From positions 20,956,001 to 21,020,000 of the forward strand of contig OZ320314.1 of assembly GCA_976226885.1 (NCBI GenBank): a DNA stretch of 64,000 nucleotides, given 5' to 3'. The first letter of the stretch is position 1; every line of letters begins with the position of its first letter. This DNA comes from Iphione sp. A-MEVVRFRX5 (Eukaryota). The position numbers and the translations under genes were made by a program. This document shows positions 1-12,379 of the stretch, piece after piece. A model generated the notes under the pieces. It was given only the letters and a program-made list of their open reading frames with translations, had not been told where the DNA came from and ran no database searches.

Positions 1-1129
1 GTCACCCGGAGAGATAGTAAATTTGCACAATATCACCACCGACTTAAAGCTCTAAAGCAGAATATTGTTTTCCGCGCGTAATGACGGTAAGCGGCCGCGC
101 AATCGTTCGCTTAATGGAATTACCATAAAGGGGCGTGGATTATCATGCATATAGTGAAACGCGCCTCACGGCGGGGGCGTTTATGATGACTAATCACTCT
201 ATGTACATACATGTATCTCCCAAATCTGAGCAGCGAAGTTTCCTTTCGTCCCAAGTGTGGTCCAACACCATACATCTATATGCAGTTAAATAAAAGAGAT
301 GAATGTGGCAAGCGGATTTACTCCTTGACTTTGATCAAGTCTTGCAATTAGAATCGTTTGTTTTCAAGTGATTGGTACCACAAAGAAGACGTACTTTTAC
401 TATACAATGAACTATCTGTTTTTCTAAAACAAAGCGGTTACTTGACCATACATCATAAACAGGCAGTCATTTGTGCACATCAACTTCAAGGTAACATGAA
501 AGAAACAGCAGAAATGCACAAGGTAACTAGAGAAACGGATATTGCATCTATTTCTGGGCAAACATATATAATCTGACATTACTTAGGGCGTACGTCAAAA
601 AGGAACGATAACTCAAAGTGCATTGAAACCTCTTCGATGACTTTTAACTTCAGTGATGCCAACAGATAAAATGTTAGCCGACGGTCCCCTAGCACAGATA
701 CTGTACGCATTACAGAGAAAGTTACAAGGCAGAAATGTACAGGACACCGTCAACAAAATACCCCGCGTTTTAGGAGCTTCAGATTGTCTACCAACTAAAG
801 TTGATCATGACTTACATGTAGATGTATACTAGACAGTCATGCAAGGGTACTCTTAGTACTCTTTGTTTTCCATACAAAACACAAACACGTACTTCAATTT
901 GGAAGAACATCGTGTACAAGGTCATTTGATAAAATAAAAACTTCAAAACCTCGTACCTCAAATAGCCTTTGTGCAGCTACCGGCAGATATACTCAGACAA
1001 TGCAGTCAGAGTGTGAGGGATGGGGAGGTTTATTTTACAAGGAAATTATTCACTAATGTCATGTACCTCTAAAGTAAAAAGACATGACTGTCAATATTAG
1101 TATACGCATGCGCTTGCGTGCGTGCATAC

Positions 1130-1163
1130 GTGTGTGTGTGTGCGTGTGTGTGTGTGCGTGTGT
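1130..1163. repeat. Imperfect (TG)n microsatellite
   Basis: gtgtgtgtgtgtgcgtgtgtgtgtgtgcgtgtgt. Confidence 0.9.
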
Positions 1164-1994
1164 ACAAATCTACTACATTTAAATGTATCTAGTGGTAATA
1201 AAATATATCGAAATAAACTGAGATCATGACTAGAAGACCCTGTAGTAAAATGAATGTACTACGTCGACAGCAGAGCGGCCCCCGGGGGAGGGGAGGGGGG
1301 TGGTGTCAAGTGGCTGTAGGAGACATACGTCAGCGGCGGCAAGTCAGACCCGAGGAGATCAAAAGAGCGTAAAGTACCGCCATATGGACGAGTTAGCCTG
1401 GCCAGGTGGGCGACCGCCACGGATGGCCGCCAGGTGGGCAAGTGACGCTCGGACAGCCAGCGTCTGTGTGGTGGTGGTGGGCGGACATGTACCGCGGACG
1501 AGCGCGCCCGAGCAGACGCGTCGATTCCAATGAGCCGCCGCCGCCACGCGCCGGCCGGCGGACGAGGTGTCTGGTCCGCCGGCCAGCTGCTGATGGAACC
1601 CGTGCATCATCCCTTTCAACAGAGCCTTTGTAGATTCGCCGCCTCGTTTGGGTGCTTCACACGTCTCGTTTACAGTAACAACAACGAATACCGTAACGGC
1701 GTGGACGATGGCAATCCGGACAAAGTCAAGCAGGGACCCGTTGTCTATCGGTGTCTTCTATTCTCGTACTGCCCAATTAATCGTAACCCCACGAAGGCGA
1801 TAACAAAGTAGTGCTTTAAACGTGAATGACAACACGCGAAAAAAAATGCAGCATTTGACTGTATTTATTTTAGTATTTATTTTTAGCTTATATCTCGATT
1901 TTGGGTATCGAAAATACACCTCAGGTAAATGCAACTGTTTGACTAGATGGAGTAACTGTACTGATGATGTACAATTGCCGTGGGCTAGTCTCAT

Positions 1995-2463
1995 GCCCGG
2001 TTTCCATACATGTGTACAGGTTTTTCTTCCAGATTCCGATTATATGCCTCCAGAAGATAATTATAAGACAGAAGTACACTGTATCCATGCACAGATTTGA
2101 GAGGATTCCATGAGATCTACATAAAAGTCATGCAATTTACACAGATTTGGCAGNNNNNNNNNNNNNNNNNNNNNNNNNNNNNNNNNNNNNNNNNNNNNNN
2201 NNNNNNNNNNNNNNNNNNNNNNNNNNNNNNNNNNNNNNNNNNNNNNNNNNNNNNNNNNNNNNNNNNNNNNNNNNNNNNNNNNNNNNNNNNNNNNNNNNNN
2301 NNNNNNNNNNNNNNNNNNNNNNNNNNNNNNNNNNNNNNNNNNNNNNNNNNNNNNNNNNNNNNNNNNNNNNNNNCGTTCCAGACCATTCCGTCCAGAAAAG
2401 CGGGTAAATTATCCGAACTCCTCCATATACTGAGAAAAGCCCTGTACACATGGAAACCCGGCC
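1995..2463. mobile_element. Possible MITE (imperfect TIRs) spanning the assembly gap
   Basis: Left gcccggtttccatacatgtgtacagg (1995-2020) resembles the reverse complement of 2441-2463 (ggccgggtttccatgtgtacagg). The right flank is TTA, as for PIF/Harbinger targets; the left flank does not match. Confidence 0.35.
2154..2373. other. Assembly gap (220 N)
   Basis: Run of N characters. Confidence 1.
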
Positions 2464-3099
2464 TTATGGAGATTAACATAATTCTACAAGTTTTCAAGTG
2501 CGGTTTTTAACAATTATCGCTCTTTACTGAAATTATTTTTAATCATCAATAATATTACTCATCCTGTCACTGGGCATGAAGAGACAAGAAACTATTTCTG
2601 AGCAGTTCAGATTGATCCTCATCAGCTACACCAGATGTATTTACGCGGCTGAAATCGCTTCTCTCGAAAATGCAATAATCGATATGAGAAGCACTTTAGT
2701 CATATATGACGAATTTTCGTGTGCACAATTCTGGATGGTTGGGAGGGTGCATATCAAATTCTTCTAGGGCTACATAACACGAAAGAAAGCAGAACGTAAT
2801 GCCCTGGTGAACATATCTGTATGTATAACAGCGTACGAAAATCACGAGCTGGACTCAATAAAATGAATTAGCAATTTATATGAGTGGGTATATTCCTATT
2901 CCGAATGTTAATTAAAGATCGGTGTTGCTTTCATCTCTATCTGGCATGGCTTGATCCCTGTTGTCCACCAGGTGTCCTGATAGACGCGGATGAGTGCGGC
3001 CAGAGACGCGGCCACCAGCCCCCTCGGGTCCGTACACCTGTGCGAACAGGTGGTCGCACATGTGAGAACAGCTGTGTTTGTCCTGTCGGCTTCTGAACG

Positions 3100-3360
3100 C
3101 CGATAACATCGTCTCCGCTCGTCAGTCGCTGCGGAGCGGAGCGGGGGAGGCTTGATCCGCCCGCGCGCAATCATCATCCCCCACTGCCCCATTGTGACAG
3201 CTCTTCACTCAAGGGCTGACGACCTGCAATCACCTGGCGCTGCGTCTGCGCTAATTGGCTGGCAGTGACACTGGCACTCGGCGCCGCAAGCCGTAGACAT
3301 GCTGCGCCCATGTTACTAACAGCCACGTTGTTCGCGCGACACGGCTTAGCCTCAACCCGC
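3100..3360 (+). promoter_or_regulatory. Candidate CpG-rich promoter of the 3734-6674 gene
   Basis: Local CpG/GC enrichment, GC-box-like gcgggggagg near 3141 and reverse CCAAT (ATTGG, 3254-3258), ~0.4-0.6 kb upstream of the ATG. Confidence 0.4.
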
Positions 3361-3733
3361 AAGCCTGACTGGAGCTGGCCTCGGCAGCCACTCCCAGGCA
3401 AGCTGGAGAGCGAATCGACGCAGCGTTCGAGCCACACCTATTGTTTTCGAGTGTCATGCTCCACCCAACCAGCGGCAAGCGAGGACACTTTGTTGGTTTT
3501 GTATTTAACAATCGCTTATAAGCGCGGTGGACTAGCTGTGAAGCAACAGTCTCAGGACAACTGTCGTAAGCTGCACACCACCAGTTCGGACTGGAACTGT
3601 ATACCCTCTCTTTCTCGTTCGTGAAATCCTCTCTTTACGACGCATCTGGTGCGCCTGAATCTCTGTCCATGTAGAATGCTGCATAGCTGCTGATTTTGAA
3701 GGACACTGTTCGGATTAAATTTCGCTGGCCATC

Positions 3734-6674
3734 ATGCCTTCCTTGGATATTCAGACGTCGACCGTCCAGGACCTTTACCTCCGGCCGTCGGACCGCTACT
3801 CGGCGACTTACAAGGCACATCGCCGCGCCTCCAGGGCCACCGACCGCTCCGCCGGGAAGGCCGCCTCCTCCTCCCGCAGCCGCAGCCGCCCGTCCCGGCG
3901 GTCGGCCTCCTGCCGGAGCGACAACAGCTCCTCCAGTGGGAGTCAGACCAGCGGCTGCGGCCGGGAGAGCAGGCGGCGGCCCGACGGCGCCACGGCGGCC
4001 GCCATCGGCAAGGACGACCGGGCCAAGCTGGTGGGGCTCTTCCTGGACACCAAGGTCGAGATGGTAGGTGTCGTCTTTCATACGCTGTCAATCTTACACA
4101 ATATTCACTCCTCAAAGTAGAAGGGAACCAGAAATGGGACGCCTACCCACGTTTTTGGTCTTTCATATTTTGCTCTGTATCCGTAGTGTTTAATTTACAC
4201 TGACACCCAAGTAAATTACTCGACCAACCATTAGCACCTATAAGAACCTAAACCAAATAAGTGCACCTACTAATGACCATGAAATCTTATTTCCCCTGTT
4301 CTAATATTATTGTTATTAGAGTGGGGCGATATATCCGTGTCACCCTCCCCAATCACGTAACGTGCTTCCCCCCCCCCTCCCCCCGCCCACCCCGTGTTGT
4401 CATTTGGCAATGCGAAGGTGTCACTGGACTGGGCCACCAACGTGGGCTATTGTTTCTCAAACTGTATTGTTCTTATGTTTACAAGCCAAGCTAATACCCA
4501 AATCCCCGTCTTCTGGCTCCTAACCATGTATTTATATAACAATCCCGCCCAGGTGATTCCCTTATTATGGCACAAGGACAGTTGAAAAAATAAAACCACG
4601 TGCCAGTATTAGGTCTTGCCTTCATTAGGATTTATCTAATGACGATGATGATGTTACAGACTGATTTGGCCGTAATCCTCACAGAAACATTTATGTTTTT
4701 TTCCAGATGCGTATTGTAGATACTGACTCCAAACTGAAGCTGGACATCAGTGACATTAAAGAGCGTTTCTATACGCTTTTGAAGAACTTTGAAGCGTTCG
4801 AACAACGCCACCCCGAATATGACACCCAGGCAGTCCCTGCCGAGGTTTACACGAAGGCCACCAGGGGGCGCCACAAGTCCGCTTCTTCTGAGAAGCGCCG
4901 TAAGTCGATGGTCCGCCGCAGCCATACCTTGAGCCGCAGGTCGGATCTGTCTAACTTCCAGTCGTGCCCTAATAACACGAGGGTGTCTGCAGAGAGCGAC
5001 AACGTCGCCAACTGGGCGTCTTTACTGGGAACCAACGACACCGCCGAGCTGACGTCGGCCCAGTACACGCACTACCGGGACATCAGCGGCGTGGACACGA
5101 CGGTCGACCGCGTGGAGAACATCAGCGAGATCACGCGCTGCTCCAACGTGACGACGCGGGAGCAGTTCTCTCAGAGCCGCATCACGGACATCACGGGCCC
5201 CCTCAGCAGCACCATGAGTTACCCGCAGTACAGCACCCCGGAGAAGAAACAGCCCCCGACCACCCAGCAGCCACAGCAGCAGCCAAGCCGGGAGGGCGTC
5301 AGGTCCTGCAGCCGCCGCCTGTGCCTCGACTCGCGGCCCGCGCCTGCCGGGGGGGACGTCGTCGTCCCCCCCAGCCTCCGCACCCCCCGCGCCCACGTGC
5401 TCGTCGCCGCCGCCGGCTCCGACTCGGACGCCACGCCGCTGGCCGTCCGCCGACCGCGCGCTCACTCGGCCCGGGGAAGTGAGGACTCCGGCCTGGGCTG
5501 CGGCGCCGACACGCCCTCCACCGTGGTCGGGGACTCCTCGGGTGGAGCTCGCCCGTCCTTCCCTCATACGTCGGACATTAGTCTTGAAGCCGTCACCCCG
5601 CTGGCTAAAAGTAACTTGACGAGTTCGGACTTGATGTCGCCTCCCACTGACAGCCGTCTACGCCGCCAGACGGCGCAGCCGTGCCTGAGTCAGGCCCCGC
5701 GCTCGCCGCTCGGCCTCTCTGAGACGGACCTCATCGACCCGTCGTCCTTCTTCGAGACGACCATAACCGACGTGCAGTGTTCAATGGAGGCGACGCGCGG
5801 CGCCTCCGTGGCCAACCTCAGCACGCTGTCGGCCGCCTCGTCGGCCGCCGCCTCCGACGGCACTCCGCCCTCCACCGACGTGACGGCGTCGACGGGCGTC
5901 GAGAGCTCCTACAAGGAGTCGGACGCCACCTGCTCCTCCAGCCCGCCCGGTGACCGCCCCTGGGGGCTCCCCACCCCTGGCGGCAGCGGCCTCGTCCGCG
6001 GTCGCCGCGTCCTGGCGCAGCGCGCGGAGAACACGCAGCAGGAGGCGGGTCGTCGTCGCCTCTACAGCCGCCGCCTCATCTCCACCACAGCGAGCAGCAC
6101 CTCGGACCGCGCCTTCAGCCAGTACACCAGCGGCACGAGCACCTCCAGCTACGGCGGTCTGCTCGCTCCCGCCAACTCGCCCAACGCCACCTCCGACTCG
6201 GCCGCCGCACCCCCCAGGAAGCCGGTTCCTCAGGCAGCAGCTCCCGTCTCCCTGGGCAGTCGGCCGCCGTGTATCGGCAGCAGCAACAACAACACCAACA
6301 TCAACCTCATCCCCTCCAACATCAACGCCGTACCCAAAGCTCTCTCCGACTCCGAATGCTCGCGAACGTCGGCGACGACTACCGTGTCCTGCATGCCGTC
6401 GCGGGGCTCCTTCCGCGCCAAACGCCCTAAATCCGGACAGCCGCTGCAGCAACCACTAGAAGGCACGTCCCTGGGGGGCTCCGACCAGTCCCTGAACTCG
6501 TCAGAGGGAAGCTACGACAAGAGCAGCACGGGCAGTGGAGTGGAGGTGGTAGCCTCCAGCGCCGGCAGGTCCAGCACCGTCCGCCGTAGTCTGTCACGGC
6601 GGATCCGGAAGCTGGGGAAACAGCTGCTGCGGGGAACTCCCCGACCCAAGCCCGACACTCACCACAGCGCTTAG
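3734..6674 (+). CDS. Two-exon gene, ~765-aa low-complexity Ser/Thr/Arg/Pro-rich protein of unknown function
   Basis: Exon 1 3734-4063 (ATG in catcATGc, ends ATG|GTAGGT, 110 codons, phase 0); exon 2 4707-6674 (ttttttccAG| acceptor, 655 codons, TAG). Strong GC-rich coding bias against AT-rich flanks; AATAAA at 6959-6964. Confidence 0.8.
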
Positions 6675-7071
6675 CCACGCAGTTCACGGCTCAACTGACT
6701 GTACATAGTTTTCTGGTGCTATCTAGAAAAAGGACTTTGTAAACGTATTGTGGTTGTTATGCCCATAAGTCCTTATTTGTACATATTTTGATAAATCTGT
6801 AGATATATCTGTAGAAAGTAACTATATTCTGTGTATACGTTTATTATTTAAAATGTTCACTTATTTAACACTTTCGGTTGACTTTTGCTTCCTGCGTTAT
6901 CAAATATCATGTTATCTTTAGACACCACTATCCAAACATCACGGACCGTTTGCAATCAAATAAATACATTACTATACTACTACAAGAAATCGACGTTTGT
7001 CTGTTTCCTACAAACAGGAGTACATTAACTGTTTCAGAGTGGAAGATTGAATTGATACGAAGATAACTTAC

Positions 7072-8565
7072 TGGGATTATGAAGTCCTTGTACTTTTCGT
7101 AAACCGCCTCTCGTCGTTCCGGATCATTCGGATAAAGCGATTTCTTGGCAAGCGCCATTAACATCTCTCTCTTCAATCGCATGCCAAGTTTGGAACAGAG
7201 ATCCACTTGGTGAGTCTGCGAAGAATAATGAAACAGTAAGAATACAGTGAAAAAAAAAATCATTAAAAATAAACGCAGAACATTTTGCAGCAGGCGGCAA
7301 GTTTAACCTTCCCCATTTAAACGTATACATACTTGATCATTGACCTAAACTAGGGAGTGGGCTACAAACAATTTACGATATACATATATTTAGACAGATA
7401 TGTGTAATGGCCTCCAGCTTCTGTCTGATAACATGGGACGGTTACCTTGAGTATGTAGTTATCGAATCCATGGGCTTCATCGATCAGATTGAGAGTACGC
7501 GGCGTAACAACGATGGCCATCCACTTATCTAGGATCTCACTGTAGAAGACTGCGCTGGTGAGACGTGGCCTCCAAATCTCTGGAGTCCTATAATTAGAAA
7601 AAAAAAGTCCTACAGTAAGAAAAATATACACTTGTATGCACTGGATGGTACTACTACTACCCTAGCTTTTTTTTTTTTTTTTTTAAACGTTTATTTTCTC
7701 TGGAATTTGAGGAGGCTCGAGGCCATTACATTTCCAGTTATCTTTCGCTGCACAGATATACGTTCTTCAATTTGTACAATGCTGGTTATTATCTCTCTAG
7801 AACGGTTTAGGTTGTTAATACCTGAGGGTAGGGATATCAATAGCATCGAAAGCGACATACATTCAAATTTACCTTTTCAAACTTAAAGACGTTTAAAACC
7901 TTAGATCAATTATCTATTCAGTTATATGCACTACATGGATACTTTCCACAGCGTGCTGTTTAGAAATAGGGAGGAACAATGATAAATCTGGTACCCACAA
8001 TCTGTCAATGGATGATGGGCATTATTCTTAGAATGCACGCATGAAGAACCTACCGGGGTTTCATGGGGTTGTTCTTCCGCTTCCTGAGGCCAACAACGAA
8101 GCCTTCACCGCCCCATAGACCAGAGTCGGCTTCTCGTGGGAATTTGATGGGGATGGGGACATTCTGCACCCGGATTCTGGTGGGAAAAAAACACAAATGC
8201 AAATACAATAGTCTATTTCAGTACAGACTGTCTTTATCAAAGGCAGCCAGAGTGTAAACATTTTCATCGTTTTTTAAAAATGTTTCTACACATACATTAC
8301 GCTTACATGCAGCGTGTTTACTGGGAACTTGGGAGTACACTCTGATTAGTACAAACCTTGTGCCATATTTATCCAGGTAGTATTTACGTTCATCTGGTCT
8401 GTAGTGCACGGGGATGGGTTGTCTGGAATGGACATCCATGAGGTGTCGTCTGTAGGCCTCGGGAAGGCGGGCGCGGACTCCTTCTTGCCAGGGCCATTCT
8501 CCTTTGATCAACCATTCAGTATCCAGCCTGAAGACGCCACGAATGGGGTGGACCCTTGACGCCAT
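7072..8565 (-). CDS. MRPL28: Mitochondrial large-subunit ribosomal protein L28 (bL28m); coding exons 8565-8357, 8176-8054, 7587-7446, 7215-7072; terminal exon unresolved
   Basis: Spliced peptide contains VQNVPIPIKFPREADSGLWGGEG, FYSEILDKWMAIVVTPRTLNLIDEAHGFDNYILK and DLCSKLGMRLKREML...YPNDPERREAVYEKYKDFIIP, matching recalled MRPL28 motifs (GLWGGEG, FYSEILD, RTLDLIDEA, DLCSKFG, DPERR). All junctions are GT-AG with phases 2,2,0,0. Confidence 0.93.
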
Positions 8566-9899
8566 TTTCTAGTTCTGGATAATGAATAACACACACGTTT
8601 TCTCTAATATCTGTACAGCAGTGACGAAGTTAAGGTGTCTAGTGAAGTGACAGGATGACGTAGATGACTTGTAGATGTGGGATCCTGATGGGAGTTAGAC
8701 TGTCAGTTGGGTACAGATCTACATATACATTGTACACGTAATTATGTGTTTATGTGTACTTTATATTTTTGTGATTTGTGGATAAGAAGATTGCAGTAAT
8801 TAGGCCTACATGCCTTACTAACATTATACCTCTCGTCATGAAGAGGCAGCATCAAGCTACCATAGTGAAATCTCCTCAAAGCGGTCACCTGTTGGTCTAA
8901 CAATGACTATTCATTAAAGAGGGTGTGACTGTATTGTAGAACGGATATTAATTAGTTAACAAGGTTTTCAATTGAGACCTTAGTGGAGAAGCGACTGTGA
9001 TATTTCACTGTATTCTCAATGATGAATTTCTATGAGAAGTGTCTACTGAAAATTTAAAATAGAATTTCTTGGTGACAAAATAGATGAGTTTTTTTTTAAA
9101 GTCTAGTAAAACTGTAAATAAACGAGCATTTGATATATCCATAGCCTCATGACAACAAGAATCCATGTACATATGCATATTTCACTGGAAAGTAACAGAC
9201 AAGTTTTAGAGCGTTCATTGTATGATGTAGAGATAAGAATAACATCATTGCTAAAACGAGGCTGTCACTAGTATGTGTGTATGATGCAACTGTTGACTGC
9301 AGTAGGTTTGAATACAGTTATCAGATGTTTACCCTAACATCATTTATTGGACTGTTGGCATGGGAGGCCAGTCAACAGCCCATTGTGAGGTCACGAGTGA
9401 CTGACAAGCCCAAATGTGAACAACATTTTGGAGTTTTTTTTGGAGGCTAATTTTTTCCTAGTGCAACTGGCTGGCAAAGATGGTGCCTGGATTTGTGATG
9501 TGGCAACACATTGAGGGTTCACTGTATACAAGAGTTGGAGTATTTTATTCACATCTCAAAATTACATGGAGCCAATGTGTCATGAGGTCTTCCTGTGAAC
9601 AGAAGAAGATAGAAATAGAAAAATAACGTGAGGTCGGATAAGAATATACATACAAAAAGCGGTATTATGACAAAGATAAGACAATGCAGGATATTCCATA
9701 TCTTACTACATGTATCACGGTACCAAAACAAGGAAGAATACAATAAGTTGTTCGGCTTCTCTAGAATTATCACTTTGGTGTTACTTTGACAGGTGAGATA
9801 CTTTCTTCTTCACTAGGGGGCACAGATGTAGCAGAGTCAGCCTGTGAATCGTTAAGGTTAGCATCTCCTACCCCTGTTTTTATGACAAGGAAGTGTAAT

Positions 9900-10420
9900 A
9901 ATTCTCCTGGATGGACAGAGCAGACCTTTGAGTTTTCGCCATACTCATTACTATTCTTTTCATTTGTTTCTTAAACTCGATTTGGAACTCCTGAGTTTCA
10001 TAATCTTGAACAACATGAATGGGAGACTGCAGTCAAACGAAGAGACTATCAATGCCATCAGTGCACAAACTCTGTCACAGAATTCAAGCACATTTGTCAA
10101 TATAGACAGGACATAGCCCCTTGGCCTGGACTGCAAGTGGTTTCCATAACATATCACAATCCAGTTGGTATCAAAGGAACTTCACAATGCCATGTTTAGT
10201 GATTGGAGTGCCATTTACAGACAGGCCACGATAAAATCTGTTGGGTTTACCAAAGACCATGTAACCAGTTCTGCTAGGATTAAGAAAGAAACCTGAGGCG
10301 GAAGACCATTGAACTACATCACTTATGGTCCTCAGAAGCTTGAGTCTTAGTGCCATTAGGTTAGTGGCCTTACAGAAGACAGTCACATCGTCCGTACTGA
10401 TTACACTTTTGGTCATTACT
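9900..10420 (-). mobile_element. Degenerate LINE (CR1/L2-like) reverse transcriptase C-terminal fragment
   Basis: Minus ORF 10171-10416 reads STDDVTVF...W...GFFLNPSRTGYMVFG...LSVNGTPITKHGIVKFL and continues after a break as (G)YQLDCDMLW, paralleling the LINE pattern (Y)ADD...W...GL.LN..KT..M...I...KFLG..LD..L.W. Confidence 0.55.
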
Positions 10421-10982
10421 ACACTAGCAGAGTATTAGGTACCGGTACCAAAAAGCTGTTCATGACCACTGCAAAGGGCAGATGTACCCATTAGGCTCCC
10501 CTGAGGTACCCCTCGCTTAACCTCTCTACACTTGGAAGATACATCGTTACAGTGGATGAACTGACTCTTCCTAGATCTTCGGTATTTATGCAAGTAAAGA
10601 TGCTGGGATAATGGAACCCACAGTAAACGTTAAGTGATAGTACAGGATGGTGACAAAATAATTGTTTAAAGTATTGACAACAAATTTACGGGGGTGTATT
10701 TGGCTTAAAATGGGTAAAATTGCCTGTCTGGAATAAGCTATAGGTAAATTATAATATGGTCAATGAGATGTGGTCCAATATGGAACCCATATGAATACAT
10801 GTGTATCGTATTCTACTCTGGATGAAATGTAAGGTGGCAGACAGTGACTCCGCTCATAGATGAAACTGACGTGATGAAATTGGCCAATGTTGGAAACGAC
10901 CACCTGCCTGAAGTTTCTGAGACATATATCAGTTTATACCTCGACATAAAGAGAGTACCCCAGCCCTGTAGATGCTGCGAAC

Positions 10983-11176
10983 TTTTGGTGCCGGTCGTTA
11001 GGTGCTCAATTTTGACCGTGGGAACTTAATTAAAAGGGCCACTCACGGGAGTAGAGGATTTTGTCGCGGTAGTGGCCCACCTCTACTGACTGCTCTCATG
11101 GTGGCACCTAAGGACTGACACCTAATGTCTAGGGCACCTAACGACTGGCACCTAAAATCTATGGCACCTAACGACC
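10983..11176. repeat. Small foldback element with GGCACCTAA sub-repeats
   Basis: 10983-11005 ttttggtgccggtcgttaggtgc is the near reverse complement of 11134-11157 gcacctaacgactggcacctaaaa; about five (G)GCACCTAA/ACACCTAA units lie in 11103-11176. Confidence 0.6.
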
Positions 11177-11389
11177 CCCTGACAGCTACCTAGTGCAAGC
11201 CGTAGCCGTGTAGCCAGATCTAGCATTTGGACTGAGCGATAATAGGGCATTCTCAATATAAACGAGCATTGCATACTCTTCTGATAAACTAACTAATCGT
11301 ATCAATGTATAACACTGTTTGTATGGCATTACTTCATTATACAGCGTTTAGGAATACTACACAGGGCATAAATAAACCCAAATCTTTAC

Positions 11390-11674
11390 CTTCACATCCG
11401 ATTTGACATTGGCCATGCGTGACCCAGTTTTTTATTGGGTCAAAAATATGGAATTGATTCATCTATTTTTTTTCTATCTACGAAATTTACATTGAAGCAC
11501 AAAGTATTCAACCTACATTAATGATGATATAATGCCAAAATCTTGTAAGTTCCATACAGAAATGTGTGAAGATCTCGCGTTATATTGTAGCCGGACAACG
11601 AAGGGTTAGTTTAAGTATGGCGGACAAGTTTGTTTTGGTTGCCGATATGTCCAAGTAGCAGACCCCACCTGTCC
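11390..11674. promoter_or_regulatory. Candidate bidirectional promoter / first non-coding exons of MRPL28 (-) and TTC6 (+)
   Basis: Minus-strand donor AAG|GTAAAG at 11390/11389; MRPL28 ATG is preceded by an acceptor (ctAG|aaaATG, 8569); plus-strand donor cc|GTAAGA at 11674/11675; ATTGG at ~11410; ATGGCGGAC (YY1-like) at ~11617. Inferred, no transcript data. Confidence 0.35.
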
Positions 11675-12379
11675 GTAAGACTTGTCAGTATTCATGTTAT
11701 ATACACAGCATATACTTAAATAGAAAGAATGTATGTGGAGAGTTGTTATAGTATCAGCTTTAGGCTGCTTAATTGCATGATTCTGATTAAAATTTTCACT
11801 TTAGTCCGTAGTCTTAAGTCAACATGACCATGTTTGTTCATCCACTTTGAGAGTTTATCATGTAAACCTACACGAAACAGTAGCAAGCAAAGTGTCGTGT
11901 CAGTCATTAGAATGTCCTAGATCTTTCGGTAGAACTGCACTTTTTTTAGCTCTTATTTTTCTAGATAAGTGAGCAATACATATACCAGTCTGCTGTAGCA
12001 TATCTACATTTATATATTGCCTTGGAATAAGGAACTCCTTTCTAAACGGGGACTGGGTGCTTTATTGAAGGACAGCGCTACCAAGTTCAGTGCTCCTGAA
12101 TGTGGGTGATGGTCAACTTTCAGGAGGTTTTAGATGGTTGAGTACAAGGTTTTAGCCTTTTACTTTACTGGAATTTCTATACTTGAAATCTCTGAAATTA
12201 CTGTTAAGATAAATAAACTAAACCACTGGACAGATCATGTTCACGGGTAATGCACACATATTTTCTACTGTTTACGATGTCATCATGGGAATCAACCAAT
12301 CAAATGGCTTAAAATTGCAACGATGTCACAATTTGGTAAAAATGACATTGGCAGTACCCGTTACTTCAACCGCTGGTGA

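Noticed and set aside
358-576. ORF containing AEMHKVTRETDI, reminiscent of the HisB N-terminal R.T.ET.I motif
   Set aside because: Only a few residues match, no downstream HisB motifs, AT-rich non-coding context.
2884-3624. Cluster of 65-119-aa ORFs on both strands
   Set aside because: Stop-poor GC-rich promoter-like region; no recognisable motifs or phase-consistent exon chain.
5022-6466. Long antisense and alternative-frame ORFs (181, 223, 169 aa) over the 655-codon exon
   Set aside because: Expected shadow ORFs of GC-rich coding sequence; no splice or start context.
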